64,000 nt of DNA, from positions 1,984,001 to 2,048,000 of the forward strand of contig OZ271854.1 in NCBI GenBank assembly GCA_965601925.1. The letters run 5' to 3'. Source of the DNA: Alkalispirochaeta sp. (lineage in GTDB: Bacteria > Spirochaetota > Spirochaetia > DSM-27196 > Alkalispirochaetaceae). The position numbers and the translations under genes are program-made. Shown here in pieces: positions 50,512 to 60,219 of the stretch (positions within the stretch are counted from its first letter, which is position 1; each line of letters opens with the position of its first letter). The notes beneath the pieces were generated by a model. That model worked only from the letters and a program-made list of their open reading frames with translations. It was not told where the DNA came from and ran no database searches.

Positions 50512-51869
50512 AAGCGCCTACGGATGTTGATGTCGTGGTGGTGGGCGCCGGCTTTGCGGGGCTCACCGCTGCGCGGGCTCTCAAGCGCGCTGGGCGAACG
50601 GTTCGGCTTCTCGAGGCTCGCGGCCGCGTCGGCGGGCGTGTGCATTCGGTGGCGCTCGACGATCTGCGCCTGGACCTCGGAGGCCGCTATCTGGGCGGCA
50701 ATCAGACGCACGTACGTGCGCTCGCGACGGAACTCGACGTGTCGCTCTACTCGCCCGACATAGACGGCGCCGCAATCATTGAGCGTGACGGAGAGGCGCG
50801 GGCCCTCGACGGGGACCCCGAGGAGCTCCTGCCCGCCGCCGTTCGAGAGGAGTATCGGTGCCTCGTCGCGGAGCTGGAAGAGATGGCACTCACGCTGCCG
50901 GTCGGTCGCCCGTGGGATGCACCGCGCGCCGCGAAATGGGACACCCAAACTCTTGAAAGCTTCGTGCGCTCACGATCGAAACACGCAGAGGTGTTAGCCG
51001 AGGTCCACGGTTGGAGCGTCGGGCTCGTCGCCGCCGAACCGTCGGAGGTGTCGCTCCTCTCCTTTTTGTGGTACGTCCGGACCAGCGAGGGCATGGCCAA
51101 CGCGGTCGACTCCGAGACGGGGTTACTTTCCTTTGCTGTCGCCGGGAGTATGCATCAACTCGCCACGCGTCTTGCCGACGAACTCATCGCCGAGCTCTCC
51201 CTCAACACACCGGTGAGGCGCATCGAGCAGGGCTCCCATTCGGTTATCGTCACCGGCGACGGTGGTGTCTGGCGCGCTGAGCGTGTCGTCGTCGCCCTGC
51301 CTCCCGTGTTGGCCGCCCGGATCGTGTACGAACCTGCGCTTCCCGCCGCCCGCGAGATGCTCATGCAAAAGTTCGCCCTGGGCCGCCTCTCCTCGATAGT
51401 GGTGGTCTACGATGAGCCGTTTTGGAAACGAGCGGGACTGTCGGGAATGGCGGTCGGCGGTCGGGATCGGTGGGCCGCAAATGTGTTGAACGTGACGCCC
51501 CCCGATACGCTTCGCGGAGCGTTGTCGTGTTTTGTAGAGCCGGGAAAAGCGGCCCGTTTTGCAGATCTGACGGCGGATGAACGAAGAAGCGCGATCCTGT
51601 GCGACCTGACGGCCTACTTCGGCGATCAGGCGGCCCACCCGATCGGCTATGTCGAGGCGAACTGGGTCGCCGACCCATATACGCGCGGCGGGTACGGTTG
51701 GTCGCTCCCGCCGAGAACGCTTACGATGTTCGGTCCCGCTCTTCGTGAACCCCATGGGCGGGTCCATTTTGCCGGTACGGAGACCTCAGAACGCTTCGCC
51801 GGGTACATCGACGGCGCGATCCGCTCCGGCGAGCGTGCTGCGCGCGATCTCCTCGTCGCACGACCATGA
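50508..51869 (+). CDS. Flavin monoamine oxidase family protein
   Basis: VGAGFAGL, EARGRVGGR, DLGG, HFAGTET, GYIDGAIRSG. Confidence 0.92.
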   Translation: MKAPTDVDVVVVGAGFAGLTAARALKRAGRTVRLLEARGRVGGRVHSVALDDLRLDLGGRYLGGNQTHVRALATELDVSLYSPDIDGAAIIERDGEARALDGDPEELLPAAVREEYRCLVAELEEMALTLPVGRPWDAPRAAKWDTQTLESFVRSRSKHAEVLAEVHGWSVGLVAAEPSEVSLLSFLWYVRTSEGMANAVDSETGLLSFAVAGSMHQLATRLADELIAELSLNTPVRRIEQGSHSVIVTGDGGVWRAERVVVALPPVLAARIVYEPALPAAREMLMQKFALGRLSSIVVVYDEPFWKRAGLSGMAVGGRDRWAANVLNVTPPDTLRGALSCFVEPGKAARFADLTADERRSAILCDLTAYFGDQAAHPIGYVEANWVADPYTRGGYGWSLPPRTLTMFGPALREPHGRVHFAGTETSERFAGYIDGAIRSGERAARDLLVARP

Positions 51870-52185
51870 GAGCCTGCAACGAACGGGCATATCGCTCCTC
51901 AGGCGCTTCGCGCGGCGTTCCGAGAGCGGGTCGAGGCGGGAGATGCGGCGATGCGCGCCCGAGACCCACGCTCGGCGTGACGCGATGTACGCCCCCGACC
52001 GGCTCGGCTCTTTGCGACACTCCAGTCTGTGGAACGGCATCAGATGTTCACTCTAATGACGACGCGGCTATAACCGCCGTCGTCCGGACGGCCCGCGATT
52101 TTCCTCGGGGAAAGTCGCGAGCCGCCGTCGTGCATCTCTCGAAGACATCCGCTCCCTTCGGAGGAGTGCCGTCGAACTGAGCGGC

Positions 52186-53754
52186 TCAGCGCCCCGGCGC
52201 CGTCTCGCCGTAGGACTCCGGCAGCATCTGTCCAAAGAGCGTCGCATAGAGCATGCGATACACGTCGGTGCTATCGAACTGTGCGCCGAACTCGGTTCGC
52301 AAGAGGTGCGCGTTGAGACCCTCCGCGCGAGCGACGATCGCGCCGGCGACATCGTTGGTGCCCGGCCAGCCGATCGCAAACTCCAACCGCTCTCCGAAGG
52401 CGTTCGGCTCGGCGATGAACGGCGTGGTGCCTTGTCCCTCGATACCGTCCAGCGGAAATCCGAAGTCGCGTGACTCGTCGACCCGAGTGGGATTTCCCCC
52501 CGACACGGTCACGTTACCGGAGTCGTCGGTCCGCGGCGGGCCGAATACCTGCGGTGCGCCTCCGTCGGAGTCCGCGGCCGTAAGCACCATCGTGTCGGGA
52601 TTCTCGGCGATGAAATCTTGTACAACGCCGATAAGATCATCGGAGCGCTTGACCGCATTGAGCATACCGATGGCGTTGGCGTTGTTGGGCAGGTTGTCGG
52701 CGCTCTCGACCTCGGCGACGAGGAAGAAGGGCACGCCCGCAGCCTCGCTGTGCCGTTGCAGCACCGTCAGGGCCATGTCGCCCATCTCCTCGGGTGTGGG
52801 CGGGTTGTAGCCCGGCGTACCGGGGAGGCTGCCCCACATCACGATGCGTCCCTCTTTGGTACCGGCCATATCATCGTCGACGAGACCACTGTCGATCAAA
52901 TACTCTTCCGGGCGATCGTTGAAGATGTCGTCCCGGGCGAAGAGGCCGAGTACCATTGGTGTGTAGTCGGGGTCCGCTTCGATACGACCCATTAACGCCT
53001 CGAACTCCGACCGGGTACGAACGATCTCATAGCCGAGATCGGCGAACTCCCGCAGCAGATTGCGGCCGTCCTCGCGAGAGGGGCCGGCTCCGGATACCTG
53101 GTCGACGTGGATGTACTCGTCGAGGGTCGGCTCTCCGACGCCGTCGTACATCGGCGTACCTTCCGGTAGAAAGAAGCCCTCGCCACCGGCGAGCATGACG
53201 ACCGGCCGCGCCTCACCTTCGTACCCCGGGCGCCCGTCGATAATCTGGCGGATGATCTCTTCCGATTCGCCGCGATCCTCGACTTCGCTAAGGAACACTG
53301 CCGTACCGGGCTCTGCAAGATCACCGTCGTTGACGAGTCCGACGGGCATTCCCGCGGCCAGAGCCTCTCTCATGAGGCTGCCCTCAAAACCGCTCAGACC
53401 GTGAATTCTTCGCGTACGATCCAGACCGAAGGAGTTGGCCTGTACCTTGTAACCGAAGGCGTGCACCGTCGCTCCGCCGTGGGATGTGCCGGTCAGGCGA
53501 TTGGCCATATGGCCGCGATAGGCGTTCATCTCCGGCATACGATCCCAGTTGAGCACTCCGTCGGGCCCGTACCAGTACATACGGCCGGCGTTCCAGTGGT
53601 TCAATCCCGTCCCGTCGGGGTGCAGAAAAATCACATTTCCGGTAACAATCTCGCCCGAATCGGCCGACTGTGCCGCCGCTTCCTCTCTCCCGCCTCGGGC
53701 AAATGCCGAAAGAGAGATCGTGAGCACCATACACACACACAGCAGTGTTTTCAT
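52186..53754 (-). CDS. Secreted alkaline phosphatase family protein with atypical metal ligands
   Basis: Signal peptide, NVIFLHPDG, catalytic Ser in TGTSHGGAT, FFLVAE, VLTAAD. SD AAGGA. Confidence 0.8.
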   Translation of the reverse strand: MKTLLCVCMVLTISLSAFARGGREEAAAQSADSGEIVTGNVIFLHPDGTGLNHWNAGRMYWYGPDGVLNWDRMPEMNAYRGHMANRLTGTSHGGATVHAFGYKVQANSFGLDRTRRIHGLSGFEGSLMREALAAGMPVGLVNDGDLAEPGTAVFLSEVEDRGESEEIIRQIIDGRPGYEGEARPVVMLAGGEGFFLPEGTPMYDGVGEPTLDEYIHVDQVSGAGPSREDGRNLLREFADLGYEIVRTRSEFEALMGRIEADPDYTPMVLGLFARDDIFNDRPEEYLIDSGLVDDDMAGTKEGRIVMWGSLPGTPGYNPPTPEEMGDMALTVLQRHSEAAGVPFFLVAEVESADNLPNNANAIGMLNAVKRSDDLIGVVQDFIAENPDTMVLTAADSDGGAPQVFGPPRTDDSGNVTVSGGNPTRVDESRDFGFPLDGIEGQGTTPFIAEPNAFGERLEFAIGWPGTNDVAGAIVARAEGLNAHLLRTEFGAQFDSTDVYRMLYATLFGQMLPESYGETAPGR

Positions 53755-54046
53755 TGTATAGATCCTTTGGTCTTTATAGTTTTTTCTCATATGGAGTCCA
53801 ACGACTCCGTACTTATGAGACGACCATAAGATCGCAACACCGTGTTAAAGGACCGTTACATCCGGGGAGAATTCTTGTAATGGACAATGATTCGACACAT
53901 CCGCGACAATCGCCCGGCGCATCGACAGACGGTTGCGGTATGATGCGAAACGCCGCGACCGTCGTGCCGACGCGAGCCGCTATGGAACCGTCCCGGTGTT
54001 CGGCACCGGTCGCGCTACTCCGCGTAGCGCTCTCGCCGAGCGGCGG

Positions 54047-54784
54047 CTACGATTGGTAGAGCGCGGAGATCGTGCCTGCCGGGTCTCGAATGATTGCGAA
54101 GCCCTCTGCCGCATTATCGCGTGCCGTTCGCGACACGATCGTCCCACCGCGCTTCTCGCACGCGGCGAGTGCCGAATCGAGGTCGGGAACGGTGAAGTAC
54201 ACGATCCATCCCGTCGGGAGGTCCGCATTGGGGCCTCGGCGGTGGCAGATTCCCGTCACCGGTGTGCCGTCCGGAGCGGTCATTGAGTAGTCGTCGTACC
54301 CTTCCATCGCTACCGGCTCCGGTTTCCACCCGACGACCTCGGCGTAGAAGTCCCGTAATCCCGGCGCGTCGTCGACGGTCATATCGACCCACGCAGCCTT
54401 CCCCTCTTTTCGTCTCATTGCCGGGTGGTCGGATTCGAACTGATCAAAAAGAATGGGGTTGCCGTCGGGATCCTCTAAGGTGATATGCGCGGCCCCGGTG
54501 CTCTCCTCGTCGGCCGTTTCGATAAGCTCGATACCCTCGGAACGGAGATGCTTCTGGATCGAGCGCACGTCCGTCGGATTGAAGGTGAGGATGTTTTTCT
54601 CGAACATATCCTGAAAGAGCCCCACGTACGCATCGCCGTTTTGGAGCACCAACCATTTTTGCTCCTGTTCGCCCCCGATGATACGAAATCCGAGTTTTTC
54701 ATAAAACGTCCTCGAGACGGCGATATCCTTAACCGTCAAGCTGATCGAAAACACACCCGGATCGACCGCATTTTCCGAATCCAT
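54047..54784 (-). CDS. Double VOC/glyoxalase domain protein
   Basis: FYEKLGF...[11 protein letters not shown] and WVD.TVDDA...DFY.EV.GW...IRDPAG. SD GGAGG. Confidence 0.85.
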   Translation of the reverse strand: MDSENAVDPGVFSISLTVKDIAVSRTFYEKLGFRIIGGEQEQKWLVLQNGDAYVGLFQDMFEKNILTFNPTDVRSIQKHLRSEGIELIETADEESTGAAHITLEDPDGNPILFDQFESDHPAMRRKEGKAAWVDMTVDDAPGLRDFYAEVVGWKPEPVAMEGYDDYSMTAPDGTPVTGICHRRGPNADLPTGWIVYFTVPDLDSALAACEKRGGTIVSRTARDNAAEGFAIIRDPAGTISALYQS

Positions 54785-54785
54785 A

Positions 54786-55697
54786 TTACCTCCTCCGCGT
54801 AATGGGTAACGCGCACCACATATCAAGATGCTCCCATCCGGTGAGATGGGGAGCCCTCCGGTATATCTCCATCGCCGGTGCCGGACCGGCGTCAAACGCT
54901 CCGTCGGGTAGCCAGATGCGATACAGATACTGCCACACCGCGTCTTCGATTCGCACATCGCCGGTCATGTATATGCGCGCTACATCCACGGCGCGCATAA
55001 CACGCGCATCCAACCATTCCGGGATCGTCACGTCCCGCGGCACGCTAACCGCCCATTCAAAGGTGCACCGCTCCAATGGGGTCAGATCCGGGTCGTCCCA
55101 GCTGATGCCCGACAGGGCGCCGGTGATGTCGGGACCGACGCGCGTTTCGTACCACTCGACGAGCCGGTGATAAGCCCGCACCACATGACGCCATCGGCGA
55201 TACGAATCGGATATCCGTACGTACGCGACGTGTCGTTCCTCCATCGAAGTCAGCTCGACGCGGAACCGGTGCTCCGCCGCAACTCGGCGAAGCTCAGGAC
55301 GAGTGTACACCGGAAAATCCTCCACGACCCGACCGATCTTGCGCTCCTGCAATGGGCTCGATCGGTCCCACTTCGACGGGGCGATGCCGAAGTGGCGACG
55401 AAACGCGCGACTGAATCCGTCGGCGCTTTCGTATCCGTGATCGAACGCAGCCCGGGTCACCGTCAATCGTCGGTTAGAGCGAAGCGCCTTTGCGGCGGCT
55501 TCCAGTCGCGCACGCTGCACGAAGCGACCGATCGATTCTCCCGCGGTCAGACGAAACACACGGTGGAAGTGATATGGGGAAAGACATGCAATCTCAGCGA
55601 CACGTTCGATGGAGAGTCGGTCTCCCGGGTTGGCGAGGATGAAGTCCTTCACGCGATGTATTCGATCGCGATACGTATCGATATCCGACTCCTTCAT
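54786..55697 (-). CDS. AraC family regulator with GyrI-like effector domain
   Basis: N-terminal [12 protein letters not shown]...RLE.AA, GY...F.RAF; C-terminal WDDP, WLP and EIY motifs. Confidence 0.9.
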   Translation of the reverse strand: MKESDIDTYRDRIHRVKDFILANPGDRLSIERVAEIACLSPYHFHRVFRLTAGESIGRFVQRARLEAAAKALRSNRRLTVTRAAFDHGYESADGFSRAFRRHFGIAPSKWDRSSPLQERKIGRVVEDFPVYTRPELRRVAAEHRFRVELTSMEERHVAYVRISDSYRRWRHVVRAYHRLVEWYETRVGPDITGALSGISWDDPDLTPLERCTFEWAVSVPRDVTIPEWLDARVMRAVDVARIYMTGDVRIEDAVWQYLYRIWLPDGAFDAGPAPAMEIYRRAPHLTGWEHLDMWCALPITRRR

Positions 55698-55724
55698 GTC
55701 GTCGCGTCGCGGGTAAACTCGTCG

Positions 55725-56099
55725 CTATCTCGGTCTTGCCGCCAACCCGCGCTCGATGGTGGTGCGCAACACTCTATCTCCGACCGGCTTTTGCAGAACC
55801 GAGACGGGGTCGAGACGCCTGGCGCGGTTGATCGTCACCTCGTCGACGTACGCGGTGTGGAAGACGATCGGTATGCCGTGATTAATCGCTTCCGCCGCCG
55901 CAATGCCGTCCACGTCATCGGACAATCGCACATCCATAATGATAAGATCCACACGTTCCTTTTGTGCGACCGCGACCGCCTGGCGACCGCTTCTGACGAC
56001 CGCCACGACCTCGTGCCCCATCGCCGTTACGGTCTTGCGTAACACTAAGCCCACAATAACCTCGTCCTCGGCTATCAGTACGCGTGCCCTTTCGCTCAC
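55725..56099 (-). CDS. Single-domain response regulator
   Basis: IAEDE, IMDV, DG, TA and KP receiver motifs. Confidence 0.9.
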   Translation of the reverse strand: MSERARVLIAEDEVIVGLVLRKTVTAMGHEVVAVVRSGRQAVAVAQKERVDLIIMDVRLSDDVDGIAAAEAINHGIPIVFHTAYVDEVTINRARRLDPVSVLQKPVGDRVLRTTIERGLAARPR

Positions 56100-56959
56100 C
56101 GTGTTCCACCCGTCGGTACGGTCAGAACGACCGAGACGCCCTTTCCGACGTAGGTTTCCAACTGCGCGTCGATTTGCTCAGCGAGCGACGTAACCAGGGT
56201 CAATCCGATGGAGGGAGTCTCGTGGTCCTCCGATACGTCGGTGTTTGCTCCACGGCCGTCGTCGCGCACCTCGATTTCGAATCCGCACTCGGAGCCGCGT
56301 AGTGAGACCGAAAGCGTACCGTCACCCCGACCCGCGAAGGCGTGTTTGCACGCGTTTTGTATAAGTTCGCTGAGGACGAGACCGCACGGTGCGGCGGTAT
56401 CGAGTGGGACGCTCATCGATTCGAGCGTCTTATGCACCGTGATAGTCTGTTCGTCCGAGATATACAGACCCAAAATCTCGTCGGTAAGCTCCGATAGGTA
56501 GCGATCGAGTTCGACCATTTCGAAATTCTCACCGCGGTACAAGTAGTTGTGGATGAGCGCTATCGAGTTGACGCGCGCATACAGCTCTTCCAAGACGCGC
56601 GATTCCGCCGGCACGGCGTCGATTTCCAGTTTTATGAGACTGAGGATAACCGACAGATTGTTCTTGACGCGATGATGCACCTCACGCAGCAGTATCTCTT
56701 TGTCGCGCAACGCACGCTTGAGATCCTGCGATACGTTGTACTCCTTTTGCAGACGACGCGCCGTTGCAACACCGAAACATATGAAAAAAACCAGGATCAG
56801 TATGCGAATGTAGATTTCATGAGGAGGAGGCGATAGCGCCAGCAAATCGAGAAACGCTTCGCCGCGATAGAAGAACCAATAGTCCGCTATGGCGTCAAGG
56901 AGCCAGACCGATAGACCCATCAGAACGGCGGCGATGAGGACCTTCGACGTCAGCTTCAT
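56096..56959 (-). CDS. Membrane histidine kinase, HisKA_2 type
   Basis: EVHHRVKNNL, ELIQNACKHAF, DDGRG, IGL; two N-terminal TM segments. Confidence 0.92.
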   Translation of the reverse strand: MKLTSKVLIAAVLMGLSVWLLDAIADYWFFYRGEAFLDLLALSPPPHEIYIRILILVFFICFGVATARRLQKEYNVSQDLKRALRDKEILLREVHHRVKNNLSVILSLIKLEIDAVPAESRVLEELYARVNSIALIHNYLYRGENFEMVELDRYLSELTDEILGLYISDEQTITVHKTLESMSVPLDTAAPCGLVLSELIQNACKHAFAGRGDGTLSVSLRGSECGFEIEVRDDGRGANTDVSEDHETPSIGLTLVTSLAEQIDAQLETYVGKGVSVVLTVPTGGTR

Positions 56960-57033
56960 GGTGTTATCGGTAGTAGCGTCATAGTGGTTCCGACACGATG
57001 CGTGCGATCGCTCCCTACCTTCACCAGTATAGG

Positions 57034-59868
57034 CTATGAAGCGCCGAAAAGGTTACGCGACCGGTCGTAGGCTATCGTTTGAGAATCCCGGGAGTCCAAT
57101 CGAGCGACGAACTGTCGTATCGGTACCGGCCGTCCGAAAAGAAATCCCTGTACGAACGTCGGATGTGACGTCTGTACGACCGTCAACTGTTCCCGCGTTT
57201 CGATACCCTCGATTATGGTGTTGAGTCCGAGTCCGCTTGCGAGGCCGACGAAGCCGTTGAGCAACGATCGCGCTCGCGGCGACGTCTCGATGTCGGCGGC
57301 ATAGTGTCGGTCCAACTTCACCGCGTCGACGCCGAGCTCACGAAGATAGCGTAGTGTTGCGTATCCCTCGCCGAAGTCGTCGAGATATACCTTCACTCCG
57401 GCGTCCCGCAGTTCTCCGATCTCGCGTCGAGCCCTCCCGATGTCGCGGAACGCCGCGCTTTCGGTGATTTCAAGATGGAGGCGTCGCGGGTCGACGTCGT
57501 GGCGTTCCAAAATGCGCATGATGTGGCGAGTGGTTTGTCCCGAGCCGAGGTCGGTCGCAGACAAATTGACGCTGAGAAAAAAAGCTCGCGATAGGCGTGG
57601 TCCGTATTCGGAGAGGAATTGCGCCGCTTGTTCCACCACCGCCATGCTCAGCTCCGACATCACCGGACTCCCCTCGATCGATGGCAAAAACTCGGACGGG
57701 CTACGCACGACCGTTCCCTCTTGCCAGCGTACCAACGCCTCGCCGCCGGCGACTCGGCCGTCGTCCGCCGAGACGATCTCCTGGAGATAGATCACGATCG
57801 AGCCGTCTGCGATCGCCTCACGACAGCGACTTTCGGCGGTTATGCGGTGCATCGCGCTTACATTGAACTGCTCCTCGTGGAACTGCGATCGTCCGCGCCC
57901 CGCCGATTTGGCTTGATACATCGCCGCATCGGCGTTCTTCAACAGCTCTTCCGCATCGGAGCCGCTATCGGGAAACGTTGCGATCCCGACGCTCGCCGAG
58001 ACGCGTACCGCATGTCCATCCAACTCGAACACGCTGTTGATACTGCTCTGCATGCGTTGGATGATGTACAACAGATCGCTGTGCTTCTCGATGCCGGTAA
58101 CCAGGACGACAAACTCGTCGCCGCCGAATCGTGCAACGAAGTCCTCGTCCCGCACAGCGTCCTTGAGTTCCAGTCCGACCGCACGGATCAAGTCGTCGCC
58201 CGCGGTATGGCCGAGACTGTCGTTCACATCCTTGAAGTTATCCAGATCGATAAAGATCGCCGCCAGAGCGGTTTTGCTGCGCATGTTCTGTCGGATCATC
58301 CGTTGGAGCATCTCGGTGAGGTATGCGCGGTTGGGTAGCTGCGTGAGCGGATCGTGGGTTGCCATGTACTGCAGGTGACTACGCGCTTGATGAATGTCCG
58401 AAATGTCGTGAAACACCGCGACATACCCACCCTGTCCCGTGTCGATCGTTTGAATCGCCAGGAGCTCCGGATATACTTCGCCGTGTTTGCGCCGATTCCA
58501 GATTTCTCCGCGCCAACTACCCTCGGCCAGTAGTTGGTTCCACATATCGGCGTAGAACGCTTCATTGTGGCGGTCCGATTTGAGTACGTTGGACTTACTG
58601 CCTACGACCTCATCGCGCGAGTAGCCGGTAATACGTTCGAAGGCGGGATTGACTCGCACGATTCTCCCTTCGCCGTCGGTGACGCAAATACCCTCGGAGG
58701 TCGTCTGGAAGACCGCCTCGGAGATTTCGAGCTTCGTCTCCGCGGCGGCGCGGCGACGGCGAGAGTACTCCAGCTGCACACCGAAGCGGAGAAGCACCCG
58801 CAACAGCTCGTCCAGCTTACCGTACGCGGTAAGCGGGATATCGGTAAAACGCGACACCACGCGTTGAACGGGGCGTGCGATTCGCGTTGCGACGACGCGG
58901 CTCAACGCGAACAACACGAAGAATAGGGCAACCATGCTCGCGATCGATAGTCGAACCAACACGCGCACGGAGGACCCCACCCGCGGATCGGTCGTAATCA
59001 ACACGATGCGCACGTTCTGCTCCGGTAAGGTATACCAAGCGAGAAAGCGCGGCGACGGAGCCCGCATCGCGTCGATGCGACGAACGTCGTGCAGTGAATC
59101 CTCGTCGAGGGCCGCCACCGGTACCGGAGGCGGCGCCCAAATCTCGGACGTCTCGTCGTCGGAGACGTGTTCTACGATACGCCCGTCGCTCATCGATACG
59201 AGCCAGATATCGGTCGGCGCGCCCGAGGCGACCCCGTCGAGCACCAACTCCCAGGTCTGCCGCGATACCCAGTCGAACATCGATTCGCGATATCCGCTGG
59301 CGGTCACGATCCACTGCCACGGCTCAAAAAACTCCATGAATGCGATCTTGGGCCGCGGAGCGACGTCTGTGGGGTTTTGCCACCGATAGGAAAAGAAACC
59401 GTGTCTGTTGATCAACTGGTTGCGAACGAACTCGTGCTCGGCGATCGATGTCCCTTCGAGCTCTCTAAAGTGGTGAGCGATGAGGTTTCCCTCGAGATCG
59501 AGTACATAGAAGTACCCGTTGTCGTCGATCCGTTGTCGCCTAATCAGCTCCGTCGCCTGCTCCTGCACCGCCTCGATGTCGGAGTTCGTGTCGGCGGCCA
59601 ACGCATCCAAAGAGTCCAGTATCGAATGTACGCGCGACTCGAGCTGCGTTCTGTGGTGACGAAAGGCCGTTTCCAGAACGGTTCGTGATACCGACTCCGC
59701 CTCGCTGAGGGCGTCTTGGCGCGCCTGCTGATCGAGGCGATTGGTAAGGAGGACCACCGCAACGACCATCACGACGCCCACCATCGCGAAGACCGTACTC
59801 GCGTAGGCCGCCGTCAGCCGGAACGACACTCCGCCGAAGAGGATCGCACGCCAGCCGCGGCGTGTCAT
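57034..59868 (-). CDS. Cache-PAS-GGDEF-EAL c-di-GMP signalling protein
   Basis: GYFYV..HH/YRWQNP Cache domain; NPAFERITGYS PAS domain; RDED I-site plus GGDEF; EALVRW, DDFGEGY, EGIE, QGF. Confidence 0.93.
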   Translation of the reverse strand: MTRRGWRAILFGGVSFRLTAAYASTVFAMVGVVMVVAVVLLTNRLDQQARQDALSEAESVSRTVLETAFRHHRTQLESRVHSILDSLDALAADTNSDIEAVQEQATELIRRQRIDDNGYFYVLDLEGNLIAHHFRELEGTSIAEHEFVRNQLINRHGFFSYRWQNPTDVAPRPKIAFMEFFEPWQWIVTASGYRESMFDWVSRQTWELVLDGVASGAPTDIWLVSMSDGRIVEHVSDDETSEIWAPPPVPVAALDEDSLHDVRRIDAMRAPSPRFLAWYTLPEQNVRIVLITTDPRVGSSVRVLVRLSIASMVALFFVLFALSRVVATRIARPVQRVVSRFTDIPLTAYGKLDELLRVLLRFGVQLEYSRRRRAAAETKLEISEAVFQTTSEGICVTDGEGRIVRVNPAFERITGYSRDEVVGSKSNVLKSDRHNEAFYADMWNQLLAEGSWRGEIWNRRKHGEVYPELLAIQTIDTGQGGYVAVFHDISDIHQARSHLQYMATHDPLTQLPNRAYLTEMLQRMIRQNMRSKTALAAIFIDLDNFKDVNDSLGHTAGDDLIRAVGLELKDAVRDEDFVARFGGDEFVVLVTGIEKHSDLLYIIQRMQSSINSVFELDGHAVRVSASVGIATFPDSGSDAEELLKNADAAMYQAKSAGRGRSQFHEEQFNVSAMHRITAESRCREAIADGSIVIYLQEIVSADDGRVAGGEALVRWQEGTVVRSPSEFLPSIEGSPVMSELSMAVVEQAAQFLSEYGPRLSRAFFLSVNLSATDLGSGQTTRHIMRILERHDVDPRRLHLEITESAAFRDIGRARREIGELRDAGVKVYLDDFGEGYATLRYLRELGVDAVKLDRHYAADIETSPRARSLLNGFVGLASGLGLNTIIEGIETREQLTVVQTSHPTFVQGFLFGRPVPIRQFVARLDSRDSQTIAYDRSRNLFGAS

Positions 59869-60219
59869 GCCACGCTCCCTCTACGATGTCCGCCCTTCGC
59901 AGACGTTTGATACGACATCCCGGTGTTGAGCATCGGATATCGCGATTGTTTTGGCCCTACGTGTGACACCACCATTTTTACTGCATCTATCGTTTGTCGA
60001 AGTACCCACATTCACGTGCGATTCGTCCACCCTCGGAACGAACTCTCACTCGATGTCGGCCCCTACGGGACGCACCGGCGTATGCGCGCCGTCGGACCGC
60101 TTCGTGTTCCGGCGATGTCGCGCAACGACCCGATCACCGATACCGTCAATAATATCACGGTCGTAACCCATTCAAAAGGTGACGGTCGATTTGGGACGAG
60201 TCGGGGCCGGGCGGCGCGG

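Noticed and set aside
59869..60219. c-di-GMP riboswitch upstream of the GGDEF-EAL gene
   Set aside because: No GEMM-like GCAAA/GNRA/GGGACGCAAAGCC pattern found on the minus strand.
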